A stretch of 40,450 bases of DNA from a virus (Duplodnaviria > Heunggongvirae > Uroviricota > Caudoviricetes). Positions 28,750 to 39,415 of this stretch are shown here, one piece after another. Every line of letters begins with the position of its first letter. Positions within the stretch are counted from its first letter, which is position 1. The notes beneath the pieces were generated by a model, which did no database searches, was not told where the DNA came from, and saw only the letters and a list, made by a program, of their open reading frames with translations. Both the position numbers and the translations under genes were made by a program. Location: the IMG/VR virus record IMGVR_UViG_2541047969_000017. The stretch is one strand, 5' to 3'.

Positions 28750-31700
28750 ATGGGTAAAGGCAGCAGTAAGGGACATACCCCGCGCGAAGCAAAGGACAAT
28801 CTGAAGTCCACGCAGTTGCTGAGTGTGATCGATGCCATCAGCGAAGGGCCGATTGAAGGTCCGGTGGATGGATTAAAAAGCGTGCTGCTGAACAGTACGC
28901 CGGTGCTGGACAGTGAGGGGAATACCAACATCTCCGGTGTCACGGTGGTGTTCCGGGCAGGTGAGCAGGAACAGACACCGCCGGAGGGATTTGAATCCTC
29001 CGGATCCGAGACGGTGCTGGGTACGGAAGTGAAATACGACACGCCGATCACCCGGACCATCACGTCTGCAAACATCGACCGTCTGCGCTTTACCTTCGGT
29101 GTGCAGGCACTGGTGGAAACCACCTCAAAGGGGGACCGGAATCCGTCGGAAGTCCGCCTGCTGGTTCAGATACAGCGTAATGGTGGCTGGGTGACGGAAA
29201 AAGACATCACCATTAAGGGCAAAACCACCTCGCAGTATCTGGCCTCGGTGGTGGTGGATAACCTGCCGCCGCGCCCGTTTAATATCCGGATGCGCAGAAT
29301 GACGCCGGACAGCACCACAGACCAGCTGCAGAACAAAACGCTCTGGTCGTCATACACCGAAATCATCGATGTGAAACAGTGCTACCCGAACACGGCACTG
29401 GTCGGCGTGCAGGTGGATTCGGAGCAGTTCGGCAGCCAGCAGGTGAGTCGTAATTATCATCTTCGCGGGCGCATTCTGCAGGTGCCGTCGAACTATAACC
29501 CGCAGACGCGACAATACAGCGGTATCTGGGACGGAACGTTTAAGCCAGCATACAGCAACAACATGGCCTGGTGTCTGTGGGATATGCTGACCCATCCGCG
29601 CTACGGCATGGGGAAGCGTCTCGGTGCGGCGGATGTGGACAAATGGGCGCTGTATGTCATCGGCCAGAATTGCGACCAGTCGGTGCCGGATGGCTTTGGT
29701 GGCACGGAGCCGCGCATCACCTGTAATGCCTGGCTGACCACACAGCGCAAGGCGTGGGATGTGCTCAGTGATTTCTGCTCGGCGATGCGCTGTATGCCGG
29801 TATGGAACGGGCAGACGCTGACGTTCGTGCAGGACCGACCATCAGATAAGGTGTGGACCTATAACCGCAGTAATGTGGTGATGCCGGATGATGGCGCGCC
29901 GTTCCGCTACAGCTTCAGCGCCCTGAAGGACCGCCATAATGCCGTTGAGGTGAACTGGATTGACCCGAACAACGGCTGGGAGACGGCGACAGAGCTTGTT
30001 GAAGATACGCAGGCCATTGCCCGTTACGGTCGTAACGTCACGAAGATGGATGCCTTTGGCTGTACCAGCCGGGGGCAGGCGCACCGCGCCGGGCTGTGGC
30101 TGATTAAAACGGAACTGCTGGAAACGCAGACCGTGGACTTCAGCGTGGGTGCGGAAGGGCTTCGCCATGTACCGGGGGATGTCATTGAAATCTGTGATGA
30201 TGACTATGCGGGTATCAGCATCGGCGGGCGCGTGCTGGCGGTGAACAGCCAGACCCGGACGCTGACGCTCGACCGTGAAATCACGCTGCCATCCTCCGGT
30301 ACCACGCTGATAAGTCTGGTTGACGGAAGTGGCAATCCGGTCAGCGTGGAGGTTCAGTCCGTCACCGACGGCGTGAAGGTAAAAGTGAGCCGTGTTCCTG
30401 ACGGTGTTGCTGAATACAGCGTATGGGGGCTGAAGCTGCCGACGCTGCGCCAGCGCCTGTTCCGCTGCGTGAGTATCCGTGAGAACGACGACGGCACGTA
30501 TGCCATCACCGCCGTGCAGCATGTGCCGGAAAAAGAGGCCATCGTGGATAACGGGGCGCACTTTGACGGCGACCAGAGCGGCACGGTGAATGGTGTCACG
30601 CCGCCTGCGGTGCAGCACCTGACTGCCGAAGTCACCTCAGACAGCGGGGAGTATCAGGTGCTGGCGCGCTGGGATACGCCGAAGGTGGTGAAGGGGGTGA
30701 GCTTTATGCTTCGCCTGACCGTGGCAGCGGATGACGGCAGTGAGCGGCTGGTCAGCACGGCCAGGACGACGGAAACCACATACCGCTTCAGGCAACTGGC
30801 GCTGGGGCGTTACACGCTGACGGTCAGGGCGGTAAATGCGTGGGGACAGCAGGGCGATCCGGCATCGGTATCGTTCCGGATTGCCGCACCGGCAGCGCCG
30901 TCGCGGATTGAGCTGACGCCGGGCTATTTTCAGATAACTGCCACGCCGCATCTTGCGGTTTATGATCCGACGGTACAGTTTGAGTTCTGGTTCTCGGAAA
31001 AGCGGATTACCGATATCAGGCAGGTTGAGACCACAGCCCGCTATCTTGGTACGGCGCTGTACTGGATAGCTGCCAGTATCAATATCAAACCGGGCCATGA
31101 TTATTACTTTTATATCCGCAGTGTGAACACCGTTGGCAAATCGGCATTCGTGGAGGCTGTTGGTCAGCCGAGCGATGATGCGGAAGGTTACCTGGATTTT
31201 TTCAAAGGCCAGATAACCGAATCCCATCTCGGCAAGGAGCTGCTGGAAAAAGTCGAGCTGACGGAGGATAACGCCAGCAAACTGGAGGAGTTTTCGAAAG
31301 AGTGGAAGGACGCCAACGATAAATGGAATGCCATGTGGGGCGTCAAAATTGAGCAGACCGAAGACGGCAGGCATTATGTCGCGGGGCTTGGCCTTAGTAT
31401 GGAGGATACGGAGGAAGGCAAACTGAGCCAGTTCCTGGTTGCCGCTAACCGTATCGCGTTTATTGACCCGGCAAACGGGAATGAAACGCCGATGTTTGTG
31501 GCGCAGGGCAACCAGATATTCATGAACGAAGTGTTCCTGAAGTATCTGACGGCTCCCACCATTACCAGTGGCGGCAATCCTCCGGTATTTTCCCTGACAC
31601 CGGACGGGCGGCTGACGGCGAAAAATGCCGATATCAGCGGTAACGTGAATGCGAACTCCGGGACGCTCAATAATGTCACGATTAACGAGAACTGTCGGGT

Positions 31701-32145
31701 TCTGGGAAAACTGTCCGCGAACCAGATTGAAGGCGATCTCGTTAAAACAGTGGGCAAAGCTTTCCCCCGGGACTCCCGTGCACCGGAGCGGTGGCCATCA
31801 GGGACTATTACCGTCAGGGTTTATGACGATCAGTCGTTTGACCGGCAAATTGTTATTCCAGCGGTGGCTTTCTGCGGTGCCAGACATGAGCGGGAGAATA
31901 GCGATACTTATTCGTCATGCCGCCTGATAGTGAAGAAAAACGGGGCTGAAATTTATAACCGAACGGCTCTGGATAATACTCTGATTTACACGGGTGTTAT
32001 TGATATGCCTGCAGGCAGTGGTGTAATGACACTGGAGTTTTCTGTATCAGCATGGTGGGTAAATGGTTGGTATCCCACAGCAAGTATCAGCGATTTGCTG
32101 GTTGTTGTGATGAAGAAAGCCACTGCAGGCATCAGTATCAGCTGA
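28750..32145 (+). CDS. J: Tail tip / host specificity protein J
   Basis: 1131-aa track ORF; [45 protein letters not shown] is the lambda J N-terminus; size and position match. Confidence 0.95.
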   Translation: MGKGSSKGHTPREAKDNLKSTQLLSVIDAISEGPIEGPVDGLKSVLLNSTPVLDSEGNTNISGVTVVFRAGEQEQTPPEGFESSGSETVLGTEVKYDTPITRTITSANIDRLRFTFGVQALVETTSKGDRNPSEVRLLVQIQRNGGWVTEKDITIKGKTTSQYLASVVVDNLPPRPFNIRMRRMTPDSTTDQLQNKTLWSSYTEIIDVKQCYPNTALVGVQVDSEQFGSQQVSRNYHLRGRILQVPSNYNPQTRQYSGIWDGTFKPAYSNNMAWCLWDMLTHPRYGMGKRLGAADVDKWALYVIGQNCDQSVPDGFGGTEPRITCNAWLTTQRKAWDVLSDFCSAMRCMPVWNGQTLTFVQDRPSDKVWTYNRSNVVMPDDGAPFRYSFSALKDRHNAVEVNWIDPNNGWETATELVEDTQAIARYGRNVTKMDAFGCTSRGQAHRAGLWLIKTELLETQTVDFSVGAEGLRHVPGDVIEICDDDYAGISIGGRVLAVNSQTRTLTLDREITLPSSGTTLISLVDGSGNPVSVEVQSVTDGVKVKVSRVPDGVAEYSVWGLKLPTLRQRLFRCVSIRENDDGTYAITAVQHVPEKEAIVDNGAHFDGDQSGTVNGVTPPAVQHLTAEVTSDSGEYQVLARWDTPKVVKGVSFMLRLTVAADDGSERLVSTARTTETTYRFRQLALGRYTLTVRAVNAWGQQGDPASVSFRIAAPAAPSRIELTPGYFQITATPHLAVYDPTVQFEFWFSEKRITDIRQVETTARYLGTALYWIAASINIKPGHDYYFYIRSVNTVGKSAFVEAVGQPSDDAEGYLDFFKGQITESHLGKELLEKVELTEDNASKLEEFSKEWKDANDKWNAMWGVKIEQTEDGRHYVAGLGLSMEDTEEGKLSQFLVAANRIAFIDPANGNETPMFVAQGNQIFMNEVFLKYLTAPTITSGGNPPVFSLTPDGRLTAKNADISGNVNANSGTLNNVTINENCRVLGKLSANQIEGDLVKTVGKAFPRDSRAPERWPSGTITVRVYDDQSFDRQIVIPAVAFCGARHERENSDTYSSCRLIVKKNGAEIYNRTALDNTLIYTGVIDMPAGSGVMTLEFSVSAWWVNGWYPTASISDLLVVVMKKATAGISIS

Positions 32146-32164
32146 ATTTTATAACCCCAATACG

Positions 32165-32190
32165 GGCGTCAGAAATGACGCCTTTTTTAT
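32165..32190 (+). terminator. Rho-independent terminator after J
   Basis: Stem ggcgtca / tgacgcc with loop gaaa, followed by six T. Confidence 0.55.
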
Positions 32191-32212
32191 TGCAGAAAAG
32201 CGAGAGGTAATT

Positions 32213-32812
32213 ATGCGTAAATTATGTGCTGTTATTCTGTCCGCAGTAGTCTGGCTGGTTGCCGCTGGTACGCCAGCGAGCGCAGCAGAGCATCAGTCCA
32301 CACTAAGCGCCGGGTATCTTCAGACCCATACTTATATGCCAGGCAGTGATGACCTGAAGGGCATTAACGTGAAATACCGTTATGAATTTACGGACACGCT
32401 GGGGCTGGTGACGTCATTCAGTTATGCAGGATACAAGAATCGTCAGCTGACCCGTTACAGCGATACCCGCTGGCATAAAGATTCCGTGCGTAACCGCTGG
32501 TTCAGCGTGATGGCGGGGCCGTCTGTGCGCGTGAATGAATGGTTCAGCGCGTATGCGATGGCGGGTATGGCTTACAGCCGTGTTTCGACTTTTTCCGGGG
32601 ATTACCTCCGCGTAACTGACAACAAGGGGAAAACGCACGATGTGCTGACCGGAAGTGATGACGGTCGCCACAGCAACACGTCTCTGGCGTGGGGAGCTGG
32701 CGTGCAGTTTAACCCGACCGAATCCGTGGCCATTGATATTGCTTATGAAGGCTCCGGCAGTGGTGACTGGCGCACTGACGGTTTCATCGTGGGTGTCGGT
32801 TATAAGTTCTGA
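32213..32812 (+). CDS. lom: Outer membrane protein Lom (Ail/Lom family)
   Basis: Signal peptide MRKLCAVILSAVVWLVAAGTPASA; C-terminal DIAYEGSGSGDWRTDGFIVGVGYKF identical in character to lambda Lom. Confidence 0.9.
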   Translation: MRKLCAVILSAVVWLVAAGTPASAAEHQSTLSAGYLQTHTYMPGSDDLKGINVKYRYEFTDTLGLVTSFSYAGYKNRQLTRYSDTRWHKDSVRNRWFSVMAGPSVRVNEWFSAYAMAGMAYSRVSTFSGDYLRVTDNKGKTHDVLTGSDDGRHSNTSLAWGAGVQFNPTESVAIDIAYEGSGSGDWRTDGFIVGVGYKF

Positions 32813-32838
32813 TTAGCCAGGTAACACAGTGTTATGAC

Positions 32839-32866
32839 AGCCCGCCGGTTCAGGCGGGCTTTTTTG
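32839..32866 (+). terminator. Rho-independent terminator after lom
   Basis: Stem agcccgcc / ggcgggct with loop ggttca, followed by TTTTTTG. Confidence 0.55.
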
Positions 32867-32876
32867 TGGAGTGGAT

Positions 32877-34145
32877 ATGGCAGCAGTAAAAATCTCAGGT
32901 GTGCTGAAAGATGGTGCGGGAAAACCAATACAGAACTGCACTATTCAACTGAAGGCAAAGCGTAACAGCACCACGGTACTGGTGAACACGGTGGCCTCTG
33001 AAAATCCGGATGAAGCCGGGCGTTACAGCATGGATGTTGAGTATGGCCAGTACAGCGTCATCCTGCTGGTTGAAGGTTTTCCGCCTTCACATGCCGGGAC
33101 CATTACCGTCTATGAAGGCTCCAGACCAGGTACGCTGAATGATTTTCTCGGTGCCATGACGGAAGATGATGTCATGCCGGAGGCATTGCGTCGTTTTGAG
33201 GAAATGGTGGAAGAAGCGGCACGCAACGCTGAAGCCGCCTCTCAGAGCGCAGCGGCGGCAAAGAAATCCGAAACTGCAGCGGCATCATCGAAGAACGCGG
33301 CGAAAACCTCAGAAACGAATGCAGCTAATAGTGCACAGGCGGCAGCGACCTCACAGACTGCATCAGCAAACTCCGCGACAGCAGCCAAAAAATCAGAAAC
33401 CAACGCGAAAAATAGCGAGACAGCCGCAAAGACGAGCGAAACCAACGCAAAGTCCAGCCAGACGGCAGCGAAGACCAGCGAAACGAATGCTAAAGCCAGT
33501 GAAACTGCGGCAAAAAACAGCCAGGTTGCAGCAGCCCAAAGCGAGAGCGCGGCAGCCGGTTCTGCGACTTCAGCAGCTGGATCAGCAACTGCTGCGGCTA
33601 ACAGCCAGAAAGCTGCGAAGACGAGTGAAACTAACGCAAAGTCCAGCCAGACGGCAGCGAAGACCAGCGAAACGAATGCCAAAGCCAGTGAAACTGCGGC
33701 GAAAAGCAGTCAGGATGCAGCGGCCCAAAGCGAGAGTGCCGCAGCCAGTTCTGCAAGTGAGGCGGCGGCTTCTGCTACTGCATCAGCCAACAGTCAAAAA
33801 GCTGCAAAAACCAGTGAAACCAACGCAAAGGCGAGCGAGACTACGGCGGCCAACTCGGCGAAAGCATCCGCTGCAAGCCAGACCGCTGCAAAAGCAAGTG
33901 AAGACGCAGCCAGAGAGTATGCAAGCCAGGCAGCAGATCCGTATAAATATGTCTTACAGCCGCTGCCTGATGTGTGGATACCGTTTAACGATTCACTGGA
34001 TATGATTACGGGCTTTTCGCCATCATATAAAAAGATTGTTATTGGTGACGACGAAATAACGATGCCTGGCGACAAGATTGTTAAGTTTAAACGTGCATCG
34101 AAAGCAACCTATATTAACAAATCTGGTGTGCTGACAGAGGCTGCC
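32877..34145 (+). pseudogene. stf: Side tail fibre gene, N-terminal part, truncated by IS2
   Basis: ATG at residue 3 of track ORF 32871..34148; MAAVKISGVLKDGAGKPIQNCTIQLKAKRNSTTVLVNTVASENPDEAGRYSMDVEYGQYSV matches the lambda Stf N-terminus. The frame ends at TAG 34146-34148, which is the first three bases of the IS2 left end. Confidence 0.8.
33431..33765 (+). repeat. Direct in-frame duplication (~140 bp units, ~190 bp period) inside stf
   Basis: The segment encoding AKTSETNAKSSQTAAKTSETNAKASETAAK..AAAQSESAAA occurs twice (about 33431-33575 and 33621-33765) with only a few mismatches. Confidence 0.5.
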
Positions 34146-34236
34146 TAGACTGGCCCCCTGAATCTCCAGACAACCAATATCACTTAAATAAGTGATAGTC
34201 TTAATACTAGTTTTTAGACTAGTCATTGGAGAACAG

Positions 34237-34602
34237 ATGATTGATGTCTTAGGGCCGGAGAAACGCAGACGGCGTACTACACAGGAAAAGATCGCTATCG
34301 TTCAGCAGAGCTTTGAACCGGGAATGACGGTCTCCCTTGTTGCCCGGCAACATGGTGTGGCAGCCAGCCAGCTATTTCTCTGGCGTAAGCAATACCAGGA
34401 GGGAAGTCTTACTGCTGTGGCTGCCGGAGAACAGGTCGTTCCTGCCTCTGAACTTGCTGCCGCCATGAAGCAGATTAAAGAACTCCAGCGTCTGCTCGGC
34501 AAAAAAACGATGGAAAATGAACTCCTTAAAGAAGCCGTTGAATATGGGCGAGCAAAAAAGTGGATAGCGCACGCGCCCTTATTGCCCGGGGATGGGGAGT
34601 AA
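34237..34602 (+). CDS. insC: IS2 transposase OrfA (InsC)
   Basis: ATG at residue 16 of track ORF 34192..34602; [56 protein letters not shown] matches InsC as recalled. Confidence 0.9.
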
Positions 34603-35465
34603 GCTTCGTCAGCCGTTGTCTCCGGGTGTCGCGTGCGCAGTTGCACGTCATTCTCAGACGAGCCGATGACTGGAAGGACGGCCGCCGCAGCCGTCACACG
34701 GATGATACGGATGTGCTTCGCCGTATACACCATGTTATCGGAGAGCTACCCACATATGGTTATCGTCGGGTATGGGCGCTGCTTCGCAGACAAACAGAAC
34801 TTGATGGTATGCCTGCGATCAATGCCAAACGTGTTTACCGGATCATGCGCCAGAATGCGCTGTTGCTTGAGCGAAAACCCGCTGTACCGCCATCGAAACG
34901 GGCACATACCGGCAGAGTGGCTGTGAAAGAAAGTAATCAGCGATGGTGCTCTGACGGGTTTGAGTTCCGCTGTGATAACGGAGAAAAACTGCGGGTCACG
35001 TTCGCGCTGGACTGCTGTGACCGTGAGGCACTGCACTGGGCGGTCACAACGGGTGGCTTCGACAGTGAAACAGTACAGGACGTCATGCTGGGAGCAGTGG
35101 AACGCCGCTTTGGCAGCGAGCTTCCGGCGTCTCCAGTGGAGTGGCTGACGGATAATGGTTCATGCTACCGGGCGAATGAAACACGTCAGTTCGCCAGGAT
35201 GTTGGGACTTGAACCGAAGAACACGGCAGTGCGGAGTCCGGAGAGTAACGGAATAGCAGAGAGCTTCGTGAAAACGATAAAGCGTGACTACATAAGTATC
35301 ATGCCCAAACCAGACGGGTTAACGGCAGCAAAGAACCTTGCAGAGGCGTTCGAGCATTATAACGAATGGCATCCGCATAGTGCGCTGGGTTATCGCTCGC
35401 CACGGGAATATCTGCGGCAGTGGGCCAGTGATGGGTTAAGTGATAACAGGTGTCTGGAAATATAG
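34560..35465 (+). CDS. insD: IS2 transposase OrfB (InsD), DDE integrase-like
   Basis: Track ORF, 301 aa, beginning [30 protein letters not shown]; overlaps insC in the -1 frame. Confidence 0.9.
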
Positions 35466-35476
35466 GGGCAAATCCA

Positions 35477-36588
35477 CTGCCATTGATGAGCCTCGATTTG
35501 AACGTGATGGCCTGCTTATTGAGGGGAAAAGAACGAACTACATGCTCAATTCGGAAAACCCTGCCAGTTGGGGGCGATCGTCAAATATGGATGTTCCCGA
35601 AACCGGGACGGATAGTTTTGGTTTTACCTATGGAAAGTTTGTCTGTAACGATTCTCTGATTGGGCAAACCTCAGCCATTAATATGGCATCAATTGCTGCA
35701 ACAAAGTCAGTTGATGTCTCAGGCGATAATAAATACGTGACAACCTCATGTCGTTTTAAAACAGAACTGCAGGTAAGGTTGCGTATCCGATTTGATAAAT
35801 ATGACGGTAGCGCAACAACTTTTCTTGGTGATGCGTATATTGATACACAAACGCTTGAAATTAATATGACAGGCGGCGCTGCCTCAAGGATTACAGCGAG
35901 AGTCAGAAAGGACGAAGCTACCGGATGGATTTTTGCAGAGGCAACAATTCAGGCAATTGATGGGGAGTTAAAAATAGGTTCTCAGATACAGTATTCTCCT
36001 AAGCAGGGCGGGGCAACCGTATCTGGTGACTATATTTATCTGGCCACCCCACAAGTAGAAAATGGGCCTTGTGTATCATCTTTTATTATATCAGGAACGA
36101 CGGCGGCGACCCGCGCAAGCGATATAGTTACAGTTCCCATTAAGAATAATCTTTATAATCTTCCTTTTACGGTTCTTTGTGAGGTACATAAGAACTGGTA
36201 TAAAACGCCAAATGCAGCGCCGCGTGTTTTTGACACCGGCGGTCATCAAACCGGAGCGGCTATTATTCTTGGCTTCGGTTCTTCAGCAGATTACGACGGA
36301 TTTCCTTATTGCGATATTGGAGGAGCTAACAGACGGGTAAACGAAAACGCATTGCTTGAAAAAATGGTTATGGGGATGCGTGTAAAGTCAGATCAGTCTA
36401 CGTGCTCAGTAAGTAACGGGCGTATATCCAGCGAAACAAAAACCACATGGTCCTGTATTCAGAACACCGCAATTATCCGTATTGGAGGCCAGACTACAGC
36501 CGGGTTACGTCATTTATTTGGTCATGTCAGGAATTTCAGAATATGGCACAAGGCATTGACTGATGCTCAGGTGGGGGAGTCAATCTAA
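35477..36588 (+). pseudogene. stf: Side tail fibre gene, C-terminal part downstream of IS2
   Basis: Frame open from the IS2 right junction (track ORF 35440..36588 starts inside IS2). Removing IS2 plus one target-repeat copy (1336 bp) joins this frame in phase to the upstream stf frame (..KSGVLTEAA|IDEPRFERDGLLIEGKRTNYML..). Confidence 0.7.
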
Positions 36589-36869
36589 TGAAAGATTTAA
36601 CACTCAAATTTGCCGACAGGGCCGACTTTTCGGCCTTTATGGAGAGTATTGGCTATTATGATGACGAGTCGATGCAGGATGATATTCTTATTGACGTGAT
36701 AGGTAACGCGTACAAAGAAACCGGAGAACTGACTGAAGATGGCGAACCGGTATGTGTTAAGGACGACGGATATTTTGTAAACGTGCGCATCATTAATGAT
36801 GTGAAAACACCATCAATATTCGATGAATACGTGGTTGCTGTTGAGCATCAACTTCGTGGCTGGATGTGA
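36588..36869 (+). CDS. Hypothetical small acidic protein
   Basis: Track ORF, 93 aa; start overlaps the stop of the fibre fragment; no recognisable motif. Confidence 0.5.
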   Translation: MKDLTLKFADRADFSAFMESIGYYDDESMQDDILIDVIGNAYKETGELTEDGEPVCVKDDGYFVNVRIINDVKTPSIFDEYVVAVEHQLRGWM

Positions 36870-36878
36870 GGAAGAAAA

Positions 36879-37919
36879 ATGGCTACATCGACAGTAATTC
36901 CTGATGACATCAAAACGCTAAAATCCGACGTTAGCAAATTAAAAAACGATCAAGGAAGCTACGCAACAAAATCATATGTAGACAGCAAAGATGAAACCGT
37001 TGGTGACTGGTCTGCTTCATGGTATCAGCAGGTATTGCCAACTAGCGGAGCTATATTTGGGAGAAAACTCCGCTCAACTCACAGGACGGCAGGTGTTGAG
37101 GATGCGTATTGCGAACTATACCTCAAAAAATGGATAGACAGTCCAGGTAACGCAATGGCGCGCCTTAACCTGAACGATAACGGGACAAACATTTGCTGGG
37201 ACTTTACCAACCTTTATGGCGGTACGATGATTTTTCCCGGTGACAGCGGATACCTCAAAATGGGTAACTGCCTTATGTCATACAGCAAGCGTGGAAGTAA
37301 CGCGCTTATTAAATTTGATTACACCGACACATTACAGATCAAATATGCCAATCATGGGTCAACCATGACATTAAACACACAGGGAACCGCTCATTCTGGC
37401 GCTACTACTAGTTTGTGGGGTAACTCTACCCGTCCGGTTGTATATGAAGTTGGTGCTGATGGTGGCGCGTATATGTTCTATGCGCAGAAAAATACCGATA
37501 ACACCTATATGTTAAGCGTTAATGGTGCATGTCATGCCACCGCATTTAACCAGCATTCCGACCGGGATCTGAAAGACAACATTCAGGTGATCGATAATGC
37601 AACCGACCGCATCCGTAAAATGAACGGCTATACATACACGCTTAAAGAAAACGGTATGCCCTATGCTGGTGTCATTGCACAGGAAGCACTGGAAGCAATC
37701 CCAGAAGTTGTAGGTTCCGCAATGAAATATCAGGACGGTGCAGGCGGATCGGAAGGTGAAGAAGGTGAACGTTATTACACAGTAGATTATTCTGGTGTTA
37801 CTGGCTTGCTTGTTCAGGTAGCCAGAGAGTCAGACGACAGAATAACAGCACTGGAAGAAGAAAACGCAGAATTAAGACAAAGATTATCTGCAATTGAGGC
37901 GGCGCTTGCGTCTAAATAA
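36879..37919 (+). CDS. Tail fibre/spike-like protein with C-terminal intramolecular chaperone (peptidase S74-like) domain
   Basis: Track ORF, 346 aa, GAGGAAGAAAAATG start; C-terminal ..NQHSDRDLKDNIQVIDNATDRIRKMNGYTYTLKENGMPYAGVIAQEALEAIPEVV.. followed by a coiled coil resembles the self-cleaving chaperone domain of T5 L-shaped fibre and endosialidases (recalled). Confidence 0.7.
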   Translation: MATSTVIPDDIKTLKSDVSKLKNDQGSYATKSYVDSKDETVGDWSASWYQQVLPTSGAIFGRKLRSTHRTAGVEDAYCELYLKKWIDSPGNAMARLNLNDNGTNICWDFTNLYGGTMIFPGDSGYLKMGNCLMSYSKRGSNALIKFDYTDTLQIKYANHGSTMTLNTQGTAHSGATTSLWGNSTRPVVYEVGADGGAYMFYAQKNTDNTYMLSVNGACHATAFNQHSDRDLKDNIQVIDNATDRIRKMNGYTYTLKENGMPYAGVIAQEALEAIPEVVGSAMKYQDGAGGSEGEEGERYYTVDYSGVTGLLVQVARESDDRITALEEENAELRQRLSAIEAALASK

Positions 37920-37925
37920 TATTAA

Positions 37926-37948
37926 GGGGCCGAGCGCCCCGTTTTATT
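37926..37948 (+). terminator. Rho-independent terminator after the second fibre gene
   Basis: Stem ggggc / gcccc with loop cgagc, followed by GTTTTATT. Confidence 0.45.
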
Positions 37949-37955
37949 GGGTAGG

Positions 37956-38255
37956 ATGAAAATGGATATAACACCTTTCCTTCATGCGCTTTGTGCTGCG
38001 GCTGCGCAGCTATTGATTGGTCTTTTTACCGGGAACTGGGCTTACGGGGCGATAGCCGGTTGTACGTTCTTCATTGCGCGCGAACATACCCAGGCAGAAT
38101 ATCGCTGGATTGAAATGTTCGGGCATGGCAAGCGTATGAATATGCCGTGGTGGGGCGGTTTTGATCCTCGTGCATGGGATGTGGCAAGCCTGATGGATTT
38201 TTCTGTGCCGGTGGTGGCGTGTCTGCTGGTCTGGCTGTTGGTTAATCGTGGGTGA
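37956..38255 (+). CDS. Small hydrophobic membrane protein
   Basis: ATG at residue 4 of track ORF 37947..38255 with GGTAGG upstream; two or three predicted hydrophobic helices (LHALCAAAAQLLIGLF, VPVVACLLVWLLV). Confidence 0.5.
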   Translation: MKMDITPFLHALCAAAAQLLIGLFTGNWAYGAIAGCTFFIAREHTQAEYRWIEMFGHGKRMNMPWWGGFDPRAWDVASLMDFSVPVVACLLVWLLVNRG

Positions 38256-38558
38256 AAAAAGGTGAGCTGTATATGCAACGGAGGAAGAAACCTCGTTGCT
38301 GGAAGCCTGGAAGAAGTATCGGGTGTTGCTGAATCGCGTTGATACATCAGTAGCACCGGATACTGAGTGGCCGGAAGAACCAGACACAATGTAAGTGAAA
38401 AAGAAAAAACGCAGACACGACGTATGCAGGACGTGCTGCGGTTGGCTGGTGAACTTTCGATAGTGCGAGTATTGAATGATTTCCAGCCGTTACTGATTTT
38501 ACGCATTTCACGCGCAAGAGAAATTGAACTTTATCCCTCTGTCACCCCATGACGGGGA

Positions 38559-39317
38559 TTAACATTCTGGATTTTTTATTTCTAAATCAGATAAAGCATT
38601 AATTCTTATTTTTTCTAAGGCTTTATCCATGGCCCCCTTGATTCTGTATCCATAATCATCCGGTTCTTCATATTCCTGTGGGGACGGATTTGTACCAATA
38701 TTCTCAATCAATTCATTTAAAATAACTGTTACTTCTTTATTAAGAAGAACTGCTTTAGTTAACATCATCTCTGTTAATGCTGTGAAGGCTAGGCTAAGTT
38801 TCTGTTGTAGCTCTTTATTTTTTAATTTTAGATCTTCATCGTTTAGTGCTTTATCACGGTCTTCGTGAGCCTGTTGTACTTCATCCCAAAACTGCTTTTC
38901 TTGTTCTTGATTAAAATATCCTTGATAACTATTGGCTACATATGTTGGCATCATGTGAATCTCAATAATTTCAAATTCATTATCAGCCCATTTTTTTATA
39001 CTAAGTAACTGTGTGTAAATGTACTCATACATATCGTACTTTTTTTGCCAGATTTGTTGAGAAATCCACAACTCAGAAGTAATCTTTTTTTCTATATCTT
39101 TGATAGTTGTTGTATTTAATGCTAACTGCTTTCTGAGTATTTCATAGTTAGCGTTGGTAGCAGAAATTTTTGCTTTTTCAGTTATAAAAGAAACAATAAA
39201 GTTCACTATGAGAGCTACAATAATAATAGCGAAGCTCAACCCCAAAATCTCTGTGGTTGAGAAATTGGATGACTGTAATGCTTTGATAAGTTCAAAAAAC
39301 TGTTTTTCTGTGAGCAT
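38559..39317 (-). CDS. Hypothetical membrane-anchored protein (N-terminal transmembrane helix, coiled-coil-rich), AT-rich
   Basis: Minus-strand track ORF, 252 aa; one hydrophobic segment ILGLSFAIIIVALIVNFIVSFI near the N-terminus, then a charged Lys/Glu-rich region; composition clearly more AT-rich than the phage backbone. Confidence 0.6.
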   Translation of the reverse strand: MLTEKQFFELIKALQSSNFSTTEILGLSFAIIIVALIVNFIVSFITEKAKISATNANYEILRKQLALNTTTIKDIEKKITSELWISQQIWQKKYDMYEYIYTQLLSIKKWADNEFEIIEIHMMPTYVANSYQGYFNQEQEKQFWDEVQQAHEDRDKALNDEDLKLKNKELQQKLSLAFTALTEMMLTKAVLLNKEVTVILNELIENIGTNPSPQEYEEPDDYGYRIKGAMDKALEKIRINALSDLEIKNPEC

Positions 39318-39415
39318 GGTGCCTTACCAAAAATTAAGACTGTTATCTATATAAAAATGTTACCCAAGAGGGATTGTAATGAAATAACAAACCGGCACAT
39401 TGGCCGGTTTGAAGT

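Larger units (their letters stand above)
34146..35476 (+). mobile_element. IS2 (IS3 family), complete 1331-bp copy
   Basis: Left end TAGACTGGCCCCCTGAATCTCCAGACAACC and right end ..ATATAGGGGCAAATCCA match IS2 termini as recalled; insC and insD are intact with the A6G slippery site (about 34553-34559); 5-bp direct repeat CTGCC at 34141-34145 and 35477-35481. Confidence 0.9.

Noticed and set aside
33240-33900. Possible CRISPR array suggested by the repetitive sequence
   Set aside because: The repeats are in-frame coding duplications of the fibre shaft with no short spacer-repeat periodicity and no cas genes.
24836-34005. Antisense and alternative-frame ORFs inside the tape-measure, J and fibre genes (for example 25229..25714, 29842..30618, 30637..31374, 33166..34005, 33242..33682)
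   Set aside because: They lie wholly within well-supported genes in other frames; their Arg-rich or Ala/Leu-rich compositions are typical shadows of GC-rich or repetitive coding sequence.
38010-38506. Minus-strand track ORFs 38010..38387 and 38042..38506
   Set aside because: They overlap the plus-strand membrane protein gene, have no RBS, and have low-complexity composition.
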